From Acanthaster planci (Eukaryota), in NCBI RefSeq assembly GCF_001949145.1, contig NW_019091404.1:310001-372000 (forward strand): a stretch of 62,000 bases of DNA. Direction: 5' to 3'. The position numbers and the translations under genes are program-made. Under the pieces are notes generated by a model, which saw only the letters and a list, made by a program, of their open reading frames with translations, was not told the origin of the DNA and did no database searches. Below are positions 24,525 through 37,897 of the stretch, in pieces (within the stretch, counting starts at the first letter, position 1; each line of letters opens with the position of its first letter).

Positions 24525-27500
24525 TGTATGTATGTATGTGGATGGATGGATGTGGATGGATGGATGGATGGATGGACGGACGGATGGATGGTCAAGTAGA
24601 GTACCGGTATTGGCCCAGTCGGAACACTGAGGAGTTCTTGGATCTTTTTAGATTTTATGCATGGTGGAGGAATGAGAATACTCATGGATAACTAGATTTG
24701 CTTTTGAAGAACTACACGACGGGCTTCTTCGTACCATGGTTTCCAAATAATGAAAATCGAGTGTCATTGTGTTTATTACAGCTATTATAACGTTGGTATA
24801 TGCTGACAATGGCATTGATGAGGGCAGAATACACTTCATGGGTAAAATCTTATACTATGAGATTTTCTAAAACTGTCAAAGGAGTGCAACTGATTAATCC
24901 CTTTTTAAACTTACAATCTGGGCAATGTTCTTGTTACACTGAGATTAACCCTAATTCATGCGGTTTTCCATTTAAATGAACGAACAAGGGGTCACACAAA
25001 GCAAATGGATGCCAACGACTGTGGATGACAAAATTGCAATCTTCACGTCATTGTGCTATACGTGTATTTTTCAGACAAGTGAAATGCCATTCATCATGCA
25101 CTTTTGAAAATCGGAGAGAGGTATTTGTTCTAATGTGTTTTAAAAAAGTGTTTGACGAAGAGGTGGAAAATCGGCAAATTGCACCCAAACCAAAATTCGT
25201 TTATTCCTTCCCTTGGTTGCAGTTTGATGGTTCACTTTTCTCTCTTTAGAAATAAAACAGCTCATTGAATGGAAAATTGCAAGGAGTCACTTCTGTTGGG
25301 ACTCTCCAAAATATCGGTGCATTTCCAACATTCGTCTTTTTTCTTTATCTTTCTCTGAAGAAATATGCCTTCTTTTTGTAATGTCCCGTCTGTTTCATCA
25401 ATACTAGNNNNNNNNNNNNNNNNNNNNNNNNNNNNNNNNNNNNNNNNNNNNNNNNNNNNNNNNNNNNNNNNNNNNNNNNNNNNNNNNNNNNNNNNNNNNN
25501 NNNNNNNNNNNNNNNNNNNNNNNNNNNNNNNNNNNNNNNNNNNNNNNNNNNNNNNNNNNNNNNNNNNNNNNNNNNNNNNNNNNNNNNNNNNNNNNNNNNN
25601 NNNNNNNNNNNNNNNNNNNNNNNNNNNNNNNNNNNNNNNNNNNNNNNNNNNNNNNNNNNNNNNNNNNNNNNNNNNNNNNNNNNNNNNNNNNNNNNNNNNN
25701 NNNNNNNNNNNNNNNNNNNNNNNNNNNNNNNNNNNNNNNNNNNNNNNNNNNNNNNNNNNNNNNNNNNNNNNNNNNNNNNNNNNNNNNNNNNNNNNNNNNN
25801 NNNNNNNNNNNNNNNNNNNNNNNNNNNNNNNNNNNNNNNNNNNNNNNNNNNNNNNNNNNNNNNNNNNNNTCCCCCTGCTTTCTGAGGTGGGGGATCGCCT
25901 ATTGAATCATCTCCCACATTTGTGTGATAAGCACAACACATTAAACGGGTTGTGAAGATTTTTCTGGATTTCTTAATGATTAAAACGTTTGCAATCTTAC
26001 AAGGGAAAACAGTTTAAAAAGCCGTCAATACGCCACTCTGATGAAAGACTATGCATGAATTTGATTCACATTACAGATGTACATCTTTATCATGAACATC
26101 CGCCACCTGCATGGTGCCCCCTCCCCCGCTTTTCAAATTTCAATGGCCAGTTATCAGGGGCGGATCCAAGGGGATCGGCGTGGGGAGCCCCTCTGTTCTT
26201 TCCTCGCCCCCGAAAATGAATGAATAAATGAAAAAAGAAGAAAAAGAGGGAGAAGGGAAAAGGGGCGCCATAATGCCTGAAATTGCACCACAGAGCACCT
26301 AGGATCCAATCCAATCTAATCGGGTCCCGGACCCCAGTCCGTGAGAGCTTCGTGCAACCATTGCTGCTTTAGTTCACTCACACCCCCTTTTAGAAGATCA
26401 AGGATCACGCCCCATTTTAGGAAATCCAGGATCACGCCCCCTTATGGAAAATCCTGGAACCGCCCCTGAGGCAAGTCATCCTCCCACCTTTCCCCATTCC
26501 CCATCCCACGCACACAGCACAGCTTTACGCCACCGGTATCACTAGAGGCAGCGCTTCCATTCTATCCACCGACGGCAATTTAGACACAGTGCCTCCTTTT
26601 CTTGCAAGTCTAAATGTGCTAAAGCCAGCAGAATACTTTTTTTCACATTTCAGGGCTATGTCAGTTTAATACTTTCCACTTTTTTGTAGCTTTTTTGTCG
26701 TTTAAATGAATTTCTTCAAGGTGTGAGATAATCGTAGAACAACTTTGTAAAAGGTGAATAAATTTTTTCAAGATCTGTGGACCGATGGAATGTTTACCTC
26801 AGGTGAAGAAGTTGCATGGGTGTAATCGATTATTTTCATTTCTTTTGTAGTGATAGATTGTCTTTGTATAGACGTTCCCAGTGATAGTGGAGGGTGAGAG
26901 GGCATGGGGTTAACTTGGCCCCCCCCACGGATTTTTTTTTTACAAAGAACACTTCACAGGAAAGAAAGTAATTGGTATATTTATCCATCAAATATTAGCG
27001 CCAGAACCCTAAGAAAACAACACCATAAAATAAAGGCTAGGACGTCAAGACCGCGAGTAAGGCTTTTGGTATTTGTTTCTTTCCCAAGATCATGTTCAAT
27101 GAGGCCAAAGTCGCATTCCCCTCCCCCCCCAACCACGAAAAGCTGGATGCACCGCTGGACCATCGCTTGGCTGGTTACAGAGTCTCAGCGGTTGTTTCAT
27201 ACAACTCCTATTCTTAGAGATTTGCGCTGGCTTAAACCTTGTAAAGTTTCGTATTGATTTCATGAACTGGATCGTGGTTTTCAAAATGTTTACATGGCCA
27301 CGTCCCAATCTGGTCATGTGAGCTCATTACATCTAGAAATTGACATCTATATGGCCATGGGTTCACTTGTGAAATTTTACTGAAACATCCCCAAGGTAAA
27401 ACGAACCATTCACCGAGAATCAACTGTTTGCGTCAGCTACATCCACATTAGTTTAACCCCCGACGCAACTGTATGCATTCACTTGACTTGTTTTCAAAAT

Positions 27501-30500
27501 TAGATTCAACTTTCCGAACTAGACTCGAGAGCTGTTCTGGGTTGGATCCGGCTTTGAGTAGTCAAGTTTTTTGTTTTGATTTCAAATCGATCTTGCCCGG
27601 ATTTTCCTTTTTTTTAGGTTGCAGTGGGTTTTGTTCGAGTTGTCTCCATACCATAGAACCACTTGTGTCTGCATTGTAGCCAGCTCTCAGCCAGAGCTAT
27701 AGGGAGAGAGTAGCACCGTCTTCAGATTTTGGAAACAAAATGACGGTTTATTGCACACACCAGTTGGTTTCCAACAATGGTGGCACTCATATCGCGACTC
27801 AGTCTACGGCTGTGCTCAGAGTTATCCTTGCAACAAGCCCTTCCATGTTCCATATGCCAACCTAAATATATGCATGTATATGATTGCGCACGTGGTTTCC
27901 TGTTTTTCTAGCACGGGTATTGACTTTACCTTTTCCTCTGTTCTTTACTCGCACTTCCCTCTACATTCTGCATTCACATATCCTGTACTTGCATGTAATG
28001 TTAATTGTGGCATCCAGGTCTAGTTTTAGGGATAAAACGGATTTTCTTTCCTAAAAACGACTGTCAAAAGTTTCATCCCTGAAATAATCATTACCACAAA
28101 AAGGCCGAAGCACAGGTGCTAGTTTTTTTTAAGTTTCCAGTTCTCTCAATCAAAAAGGAAGAACAAGGAAACGTGTCTATCGGCGCTGGATAGGCTATGC
28201 AAGTGATTCTTCACTTTGTGGTGTGTATCTGTTAAAAACTATTTTGCTGTGGCATGCACATTCTGGGAGAAGTTTATTTAGGACATTGGAAGAAAAAAAT
28301 AGTAATCCGGTACGTACGGATTATTATTTTTTATTTATTTTTTAACATGTCCTAAATGCACTTCCATATATTCTGCCTTATTTTCCCCTCATGTGTTTGT
28401 TTCTGCGTCCTCTTGTAGTCAGACTTTGTTAAATTCTTGTTTCTCATTCTATTCATTTGCTCAAAGCTGCACGCCTGGCGGCAACCATCGCTCTCATCGT
28501 TGGTTGTATTGTCTTCATTGTCGCTGTCGTTGGTGCCAGTCTATATTTCATCAGTAAGAGGTACGGACATCTCATCGACACGTAAGATCATGTTGACTTC
28601 AAGCAGATATGATTTCTGAGCGAGGTTTGAGGGTGGGGCTGGACTGCCCCTGGTGCGTGACAACGAAGGACTCTTGAATGGAGGCGGGGCCAACCTTTCC
28701 CCAAGAACTACGACCTTGTTCCTCTTTCAACATAAAAATGAAAGGAACTTCGTCAAACCCATTGACTAAGTGCCCACATCTGCAAGTCTGAAATCCGTTA
28801 CATCTCCTGCTTCAGTCGGAGAGAGTCTCCTCGGTATTACGTTCCGAGGGGAATGCCTTCGAGGGAGTTAGGCTTATTTTTAGGTGCTGAAATAATGCAC
28901 ATAGCATTCTGACACTGTTTCCTCTCCTCTCCAACGTATTTGAAAATGCCTTCCAGATATGACAACCCATGAATAGAAATGAATTTGCCATTGATGGACA
29001 ACAAATTTGTCTCTATTAAGCATTTGACTTTATTCATAGCTTGAACAAAATGTATAATGATTCAGAAAATTGATAGAGGAGTTATTAGTATCTATAACGA
29101 TTATGAAAAGGCGGTTGAAGGAGTGAGTTCTCCTGGGGAAAATTTGAATATGTGGGAGGTCCATGATTTGCCAACCTTTTCTGTTTAATGCAGAGTCTTT
29201 AAGACCATCAGAGCGAGAAATTCGGCGGATCCGGAAGAGAGAAGTAAGAGAAAAAAATTCATAGATACACAGTGTGTGAGAATCATGGCTCCATTGCTAC
29301 GACTTTTTTTTTTTAAAGCCAATGCATTTTTATTTACCGCACGTTGCTTTACTCGTTTCTGGAATTTTGCTTTAATTTTAGATGGACAAATTTTTATCTC
29401 AGTGCAAACGGTTCCTGTTTTGATCTAACCATCCTCCATTGGCGGATCGGAGCAACAGTTTTGTTTGTGTTTGTTTTGGAAAATAGTGAGAAAACGAGAA
29501 AATGTTATTTTCCTCCCCCTACAATTTAGCATGGGCCCTCAGAAAGGCTATAAAGGGTTGCAGATAGAAATGTCCTTGTTTTGGTTTCTTTGCCTGCCCC
29601 CAAAGCTTACCCCCTTGTCCAGTTTGGTTATGGGTCCGACCTTGCAATCCTAAGGCCAGATTTTGTATTCAGGAAATTAACTGATACACTGGTACCTGAG
29701 AGGAGGATGCATATTGCAATCCATTTTGATTTCTGAGGTACTGAAGATGTGTATACAGTCTACCGATGAGGACTCCATGTCTGTCTGTTTGTCTGTCTGA
29801 CTCAAATGTGTACCGGGCGCGGTACGTACATATTTCAAACGGTCCTTTATTCATACTAACCATCCTCTTTGAAAATGTAATTCCTGCTCTTTCTGTCAGG
29901 AATGTTTTGTCTCCATTTCCATATGGGTGTTGTCTTTATCTCGATGAGCATTTTGTTATTTGGCCCTTAGACTGTAATAGTAGCCAACGGCCTGAAGACC
30001 AGTGCGAGGAGTCAGTGATACAGCCGTCTCAACCGGCACCAAACTCGAGCCTCGAGGAGGATGAGAGTGACGTGAACGAGCCATCACTTGGAAATGCCGT
30101 CGATGAGGCTGCTACCCTGGCGAACGTGAACGGCCATGCTGAAGGAACCGAGGCAGCAACCAGCGAAGCAGCGATAGCAGAGGCGGAACCCGTAGCAGAC
30201 GGGCTACCCCGAGCAGGCACGGTCCGCCGGAACAAGCGGGACGAACTGCCGCCGACCCTCCCTCGGCCGAAGTGCTCCTGGGCTGAGGACGAAAATGCTT
30301 ACTGCGAGCTTGGGGGCGGGCCTGAGCAAAATCAAACGCTAGGTGAGGCGAACTTTTTTGGTAGTTCAGAAGTTGAGGGCGTATAGTTGGAACTGGTCTC
30401 AACCTGTACTTTTAAGCTATAAATCTACCAAAGTGAATGTTAAAAACTAACCATGTCCCAGTATCATTCATCCTACTCTGTAGTCTTTTATTTTCTGGAC

Positions 30501-30817
30501 ATTCTTATTTCTTCAAAAAGTTCTGAGAGTGTAGATCATGGAATGCCCTTTCTTACATCCCTCAAAACGTGGGCATTCAAACAAACAGCAAAAAGTATTT
30601 CATGTATTAGACAGTTTTGGAAATGACAACCCTTGTTGCCTTGCCTTCATTACTTTTTTTTTCAGCTTCCAAACCAAAGCCTAATGTAAAGCCCCGACGC
30701 TTCACCCGTAAGCCATCCTCCACTACAAGGACAGAGACGGCTGGAAATGAGGCCAGTAACAAACGAGAGGATCCATTATATCACGTCTTGAACCCTGACC
30801 AGTCTGGGGAAGATTAG
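21704..30817 (+). CDS. Short MEGF10/Draper/CED-1-like EMI-EGF type I membrane receptor, paralog B (partly in a gap)
   Basis: Exons: 21704-21798 (MDRFAQWSFLLMMLINLADFQELTGPNVCAE); 23031 into the gap 23050-23723, which hides the rest of the EMI exons; visible EGF exon 23724-24092; TM exon 28467-28581 (LAATIALIVGCIVFIVAVVGASLYFISKR); 29194-29243; 29971-30342 (acidic, ENAYCEL); 30666-30817 (DPLYHVL...*). Visible intron phases match paralog A, and exon 1 (95 nt) and the TM exon (115 nt) have the same lengths. Confidence 0.87.
24495..24591. repeat. Compound microsatellite (TATG)n(GATG)n
   Basis: Directly visible tetranucleotide runs. Confidence 0.95.
26155..26468. mobile_element. hAT-like MITE
   Basis: TIRs CAGGGGCGGATCCA and TGGAACCGCCCCTG. 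No clear target-site duplication. Confidence 0.6.
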
Positions 30818-33205
30818 CCTGCTTCATCTCCAATGAGGGACCAGATTTCACGAAATGTGTCATAATGCAATCATTTTCAGGGTTTTTTGTGTTAAAGTAC
30901 AAAGACTTAACAGATATTTCCTACATTATACAGTGGACGCTTTTTCGTTGGAACAGTTCCATTTGTTTATACCGTGTAAGTCTTTTAGCTCAAAAATGGC
31001 TCTGGTAGATGTAATGTAATGAAGCTTTAGCGGAATCCCAACTTCCCCGAATTCTATACTTTTGACTGTGAATTCCCGGAAAGCCAGGTCTGCCAATGTG
31101 AGCTCAGTCTTTGAGATCACGCTTGTACAGTTATTTTGATCCTTGCTTCCAAATAATTATGTACAATACGAAAAGCCGAATATACGTCGTCCCTGCGTAT
31201 CCCGTGTGAGTATTAATTTCCAGGGATAATGATTTAACCTTTCTGTATCCAAGAATTTCGTACATGTACATGTACCAATTGTGATAATGAGGAAATAATG
31301 GTACAAACCTAATGAACTTATGTTAGGTAAAAAATTGCACTCTCTTGTATATACACGAAATACAGCCAAACTGGGATGTGACAATAACCATACTTGCGTT
31401 TGATAACGACTCTAGCCCTAAGAAGAGGGGGCCGGTAAGTGCAGGTAATAGGGACCATGAAGCTAATTTACATAAATTGCATAAAGACTGATAGAACAAT
31501 TAGAACCGAAAAGGAGCCGGAAACGTCATCGAGCACACTCATCACAAACAGACAAAACCAGCGAGTTGAACGCTGTGATATTCAAAACTCGACACCCCTT
31601 TGAACACTGTTCTACGAGAGGTGTTCTGTATAAAATGATTTATTGGTAATATATTTCCTAAAAATATATTATCTAATAGATCTAAGAAAAGATCTAATAG
31701 ATCTTTATTAGCAGGAGGATGTTGAACCACTTATAATCAAAGAAAGGTTTGTTTGGGTTTGATGTTTATCACACACGTGTTTCTTCACACCACTTTTCAA
31801 AGTTCCATTAGTGCATGGCTGACAAGGAAGGCTTGTTCTTTGTACTTCCCTAGGTTTGATACATATTTTAAAGATTTTTATAAACCCGAATTTTTATCGG
31901 TGTTATTATGAAGCTTTATTCGTAAGACTGTTCAATTATTTTGTATATAATCGGTTCGATTTGACAAAAGTGCAAAGTTTACAATAAGCTATTGATGTTG
32001 ACGCAATCTACTGGAGGTGTTCAGATTGGGGGTGTGCATTTGCGGGTATTTTTAGAACCGGGTACCCGTTTTTTGTTAACATCGGGTACCCGGAAAAGAG
32101 ATCGCCTGATAACAAATGGCATTGCGCGCGACCCGGTGGATCATGTACCCGAAACACGGTTCTTTTTGGTACATAGGAAGCAAGCAGAACATTGTTCTAA
32201 ACGTCGGAGTTAATCTCTCCTATCAAACGAAATTTTTACCTTCAGTTTGCAAATTTTTTGTGGGTGTATGAAACAGAAAAAAAAATCTTCACGGGGAACG
32301 TCAGAAAAGAGAACAGAGCTGCAAACCACTTACATGATACACGCACCTGCAAACGCTCAAAGGAAATGTCCCGGATGCTGCTTGACCACGTACACCATTG
32401 TAAAAAGTTGCTTTTCTAATAGANNNNNNNNNNNNNNNNNNNNNNNNNNNNNNNNNNNNNNNNNNNNNNNNNNNNNNNNNNNNNNNNNNNNNNNNNNNNN
32501 NNNNNNNNNNNNNNNNNNNNNNNNNNNNNNNNNNNNNNNNNNNNNNNNNNNNNNNNNNNNNNNNNNNNNNNNNNNNNNNNNNNNNNNNNNNNNNNNNNNN
32601 NNNNNNNNNNNNNNNNNNNNNNNNNNNNNNNNNNNNNNNNNNNNNNNNNNNNNNNNNNNNNNNNNNNNNNNNNNNNNNNNNNNNNNNNNNNNNNNNNNNN
32701 NNNNNNNNNNNNNNNNNNNNNNNNNNNNNNNNNNNNNNNNNNNNNNNNNNNNNNNNNNNNNNNNNNNNNNNNNNNNNNNNNNNNNNNNNNNNNNNNNNNN
32801 NNNNNNNNNNNNNNNNNNNNNNNNNNNNNNNNNNNNNNNNNNNNNNNNNNNNNNNNNNNNNNNNNNNNNNNNNNNNNNNNNNNNNNNNNNNNNNNNNNNN
32901 NNNNNNNNNNNNNNNNNNNNNNNNNNNNNNNNNNNNNNNNNNNNNNNNNNNNNNNNNNNNNNNNNNNNNNNNNNNNNNNNNNNNNNNNNNNNNNNNNNNN
33001 NNNNNNNNNNNNNNNNNNNNNNNNNNNNNNNNNNNNNNNNNNNNNNACAGGCCTAGTTCAGATGCATATTGTGAAGCGTACAATCGAACAAAATACATGT
33101 ACATGCTTTCATGTTCAAAGATATAACTGTTGGGCTGTTATTTCAGAGATGCAATGATTTGTCGATTCAGGAAAGAGACTCTTTCCCCGTTGTTTTATAT
33201 CATGC

Positions 33206-33463
33206 TACGGAAGCGTATAAGGGCCACTTGCAAAAAAGTTTTTCGGGATACTATCTCGCCGCGGCGACTTACTGTCTCGCCGCAGCGAGTTAGCTAAAAC
33301 TAGCTCATCTCGCTGCATATTAAGACTCAGTCTGGATACCACACCAATGAGTCTGATTACTCTTCCAATTAAGGGTCCCGTATCACCCAATGTCCATGTG
33401 ATCAACACTCCCCAGATTATCTCGAGAAATGTTTTTTGCAAGTGGCCCTTATAAGCTTCCGTA
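33206..33463. mobile_element. MITE with TACGGAAGC termini
   Basis: About 45-bp imperfect TIRs TACGGAAGCGTATAAGGGCCACTTGCAAAAAA and TTTTTTGCAAGTGGCCCTTATAAGCTTCCGTA. Confidence 0.8.
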
Positions 33464-35809
33464 TAAGGGCTAAGTGAAATACAAGACGGAAACGAACTTT
33501 GAGCAAACTGTACATTTGCCGTGCGTAAAGGTCAGCTGAGTATGGAGTGAGAACGATGCTGACCAGCATCAAGAAAGTTAACGTTCTATTTGTAATAGGT
33601 TAATATTTCAGAAGAACTTCAAACTTCATGAATATCTACGTGCTTTTGTCATGAATGGAAATAAATGGAAATTACACAGTTTATGATAAAAGGGTTAGTA
33701 AGTGAAAGTTTCTGCTTCTGCTCAGTATCTATTTTTTTTGTTCAAGCTGACTTCCTGCTTTCATTCTGGCGTCATCTGGAGGTCAAATGTTCGCATGTCC
33801 TGTACACAGTGATACCTGATAGTTAGATCAAACACGAAATTGTCGAATTATTTCCCCCTTTGTAGTTGTCTAGCACCCAAGCTTTTTTGTAACCGTGACA
33901 TATTGCATGACTCAGAATTACAAGGCTCTTGTGGGGGCGTGGTTCTTTAATGGGCGCAGCTAAACGTCGCGATGGGAGTTATAGAGGACAACTTAGTACT
34001 ATTGGGATTGTGACGTAGGGCTCTTCGGCATTCGATCGCACAGCAACTCGCTTTTACTTGCTATTGACTCAAGATTGCATTTTTGCTCTTGCGAACACGT
34101 ACAAAGATTCATGCGGATTACGGGCGAACAGCATTAAGGACGCTGCGGCGTGTAAGATTCCCTCCCTAAAGAAAAATAAAGGTTATTTTATTTTAAGGAC
34201 TGCAAAAAAAACCCAAAAAACAAAACAAAAACAAAAACAAAGACCCCAGCCTGACTACGAGTAGAGCTATAGTCCAACGTAAATGCATGCTATGTCTATG
34301 TATGGAGTTGCCCGTATATTTATCATGTATAATCTACATGCACATGGTATACGCCTTTAAGATCCTTTCAATGTTTACGTTGTTGCATAGCAACTGAGAG
34401 GGTCCCCTCACCCTTCACGTTGACGTGGCCTTGCGCCTCTATTGGAATTAGCTCCATTTAATTTTTATCATGACAACATAAGATTTAGCCGGAATACCTT
34501 CCACCGACTTCATTATCTGTTTTAAAACGCTTGGATTCATTTTAGCTGCTGCTACATCTAAAACAGTAGTAACAATAGAAATTACAATGACATTTTCCGC
34601 TTTTCCTTTGAACCACAAATTATTATTTTTCTCTGCCTTACTCGTGGGACGAATGACAGGAAGACTGGCTTGGTTCTTTTACAAGCACGCATCTTCCTAA
34701 AATATAGACCTCGATCGACGTACAAGCCACTTTTGCATCTCAACTCAACAAGGAAATGAAACATGATTTTTTTCAGCTATATCAGTCATTTAATTTTGCT
34801 TTCGAATTCTCTACAAACATTATTTTAAACAGGGTTTAACTTCCTTTATGGATCCAATCGTTATTAGTCACGGACTGCACGCACCCTGTAAGAGCCAGCC
34901 CAATACTGTTGTCATTTCCTGCACATGTATATGTCAGGCCCTAAATCAATTGAGAGACATGGCTTTTGCTTTTGAGTTTTTATTTTTCATCTCCTGTTTC
35001 GTTTTAAGGCACATCCCATGTAATATAAACAGTGACACGTGATTTCGCAATCGAACATCGTTGTTTATGGATAATGTAAATAGGACAATAGTAACTGTTG
35101 CAATATTTCCTTGTTTTTGTTCTCGGATCGCCTGAAAATAAATGTCATGTGTCTTTTGAACAACCAAAGCTTTCCTTTTGCATGAATAACCAATTGTAGG
35201 GGACACCTTCGATTAAAATAGACAAACCACCAAAATGGAAAGTCCTGACAAGTTTGTCAGTGACAGAATTTTTACATTTTGCAAATTCAACTGGCTACTG
35301 CTTCTTACAACAGTTTTCGTGCTGATTATAAGAAACTGCACGATATCAAGACAGCCGCATGCACTTCATCAGCAACGGGTCTCTCACGTGGTAACATGGT
35401 GAGTTTTTGAGCAATGGAGAATCCATCAACGAGTCTGCAACTTCGGCATCTCTTCCAACCTAATCATTCAAAGGAATTAAAAGCCAACAGATGGTGGATC
35501 TCACAAATCCTTCTAAACCAGCGCACTACATCTCCTCGTGATAAGCCTCGATGGCTAATGACAGACCTAAACAGATAACTATAGCTATGGGAAAGTTTAT
35601 GTCTACAGTATTATTTGGTGATCGGACTTCTACTGTTATGTGGTAGTCAGACTTTGCCAGGCTCGGGTCAGGGGCGTAGAGGTCACTCTTTGTGCGGCGG
35701 TGCGGCCCAGTGGCATTTCCACGATAGGTATTTTTCCCTAAAAACAAAACCCAAACAAACATAAACCAAGACCCCTCCAAAAAAACCAAAGTATTTTGAA
35801 ATTTTTTTT

Positions 35810-35849
35810 GCCTTTGAGAAAAGTTTTTGCTAGGCTCGAAACGTCGGGC
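35810..35849 (+). ncRNA. Minimal type I hammerhead ribozyme motif (Penelope-like retroelement type)
   Basis: Stem I GCCT/GGGC, core TTGAGAA (U3-A8 variant of CUGANGA), stem II AGTTT/AGGCT, then GAAAC-GTC with palindromic ACGT in place of stem III. AATAAA lies just downstream. Confidence 0.5.
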
Positions 35850-36682
35850 CCGTCATATTCTGGGAAATAAATAAACAAACACAAAATCGCCATTTTGTTC
35901 CGTCAAAACAGACGGGCTGCCTCACCCTCCACTTTTGAATCTCAGGCTCCTCATCCTGAGCGATTGACGCAGATAGAGAGACATCTTCTGGTTTTTTCTC
36001 CTTATTTTGAAATCTGCCCACCTGGTAATCTTCCCAAAAAGTTCCATGAAGATCTGGCCCAAAATGTGTTCGTCGCCAATCACATGAGGGCGCTATTGAT
36101 AATGAGCAGCGTGGACTGTAATAAGATGTTACCGTTGGGGGGCCAGTTGCAGACTTGCCAACATGCCGTACTCCTACCTGAGGTCAGGCTTTGTCACTCA
36201 ACAGATTAAATTTTTAGAAGTACTGAAGGCCCATTTAAATACCTGTTAGTCTATTATGTGGTAATGCCTGACCTCAGAAGGAGTAGAGCTAGGGCAGGTC
36301 CGCAGTTGACATTTGTTCATTATGAAACATAATTTTGAATCCTGTGGCAATGACTTGGGAAATTTTAATGTTATCGCTGTTACCGATGACTTCGCCACAA
36401 ACAATTTGTGAACCTTTCCTAGGTCATTTTTAGAATTAATACATTGTTGGCGAAGTTATCATTATTTATGGAAATGTATAAAAACGAATGATGCATCTCT
36501 AATAATTTCACATTCTACACTGAGTGCTCCCGGCGTCATACAAAACAGAAACCACAACAACCCAATTACAGCCAGCGTCGTAGTCTTAGTTCTTTCGCAT
36601 TCCTCCTTCAGCCAAAATGGATTGATTCTAACAACAGCGGGCGCTATATTTATTTGGGTTCCAAACTTTCTGAACACTGAGA

Positions 36683-37836
36683 CCATAGAGCTATATCTAA
36701 ACTAGAGCAATGATCCATGTACAAAGTGATGCCTGTTGGGCGCATCCATGTTTGTGCACAAACTTATGGAAAGTTCAAAAGTTTGTACGGCTATTTGCTT
36801 ATCTGCATCTGAGTTCTAAACAGTACGTCAACAAAGCCAATACGCAAACAACCTGAACGCACAATCAGTGTATAAGCGTTTTATTTTGCTCTGCGACAAA
36901 AACACATGAGTGCATTCCACCAAATCGTTGTATTTCTGCCCGCGAGCTCATTAATATTTTGTGATCCCACAAGGTTTTTACAATAAGACATGCATGCTAC
37001 AAATAGATATATAAATATAAATCCCGAATTCGGGACTGATATTTTCCAGTTCGGGGTATTTCTTTCACAAAAAGCCCCAAATTGCGGGCCTATTTTGGAT
37101 AGAGGTGGGCAGCTACATTCAGAGCTGAGGGCATAGTTTTATTACTATTTTTTGGGTATCTTCGGGAAAAGGCGAATAAAAATGTTTTGGTGGCTAACCC
37201 TCATAAAATTGAACGAAAAGTAATCTTCTGGCCATAATCTTAAATTTCCGGTCTAAAATCGGAGGCCAACCTCTATCCGAGAGTCGACAGGTGGCGCTAT
37301 TTCGGTCTGATTTTGCACTGTTTTCTATGGGCGCGTATTTGGTGTAGTGAAACCACAAACGCGTGCGCGTATACGCTGCACATGAATTTTGCTATGACGT
37401 ATTTTAATTAATCAGATTTCATCGGTACATGATGCGCACGACAGCCGCTGCTCCAGAGCAGTCAACTTAGTTTAGTAGTGAATTATTCATCAAAAGACAG
37501 CCATCGAAAGAAATGCATACGAAATCGAACGACCTTGCTCAAATGAAATATAATTTCAAAATAATCAACTATGGGTGTGAATAAACAAGTGCCAATGCTC
37601 TGTACATGTGCGCCTTATTCAACGTACGCTGACATTCGCGTATGTTGTACTTAAGCGTTGCATTCAGAAATACTCGATGTTCATTCTATCTGAATTTGAA
37701 TGATCCCGGGCACGCACATGGATTCAAAATGTCTGCGTCGAGGACGGCACATAGAGCTCTGTAAAACCGCATCAAATTAATTTTTTTCCGCGCGGAGAAT
37801 GAGAAGTTAGCGCTCTGGTTTTTGTATACTCCATGG
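36683..37836. mobile_element. Non-autonomous DNA element with CCATAGAG-type termini, longer copy
   Basis: Ends CCATAGAGCTATATCTAAACTAGAGC and GCTCTGGTTTTTGTATACTCCATGG. The interior aligns in reverse with 46236-46964 and has about 400 extra bp. Confidence 0.65.
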
Positions 37837-37897
37837 CACAGACATTATAAACACACAGACCACCAGTGTTGCGCGTATAACTGTGATTTTGAAAAGT

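Noticed and set aside
24403..24691. MYVC/MDGW repeat ORFs
   Set aside because: Translations of the (TATG)n(GATG)n microsatellite.
7399..33104. Long ORFs in the track composed mostly of X
   Set aside because: Artefacts of translating through N-gaps.
34490..36150. Minus-strand exon-like segments as a protein-coding gene
   Set aside because: Some splice-like signals are present, but I could not build a phase-consistent open chain or recognise any domain.
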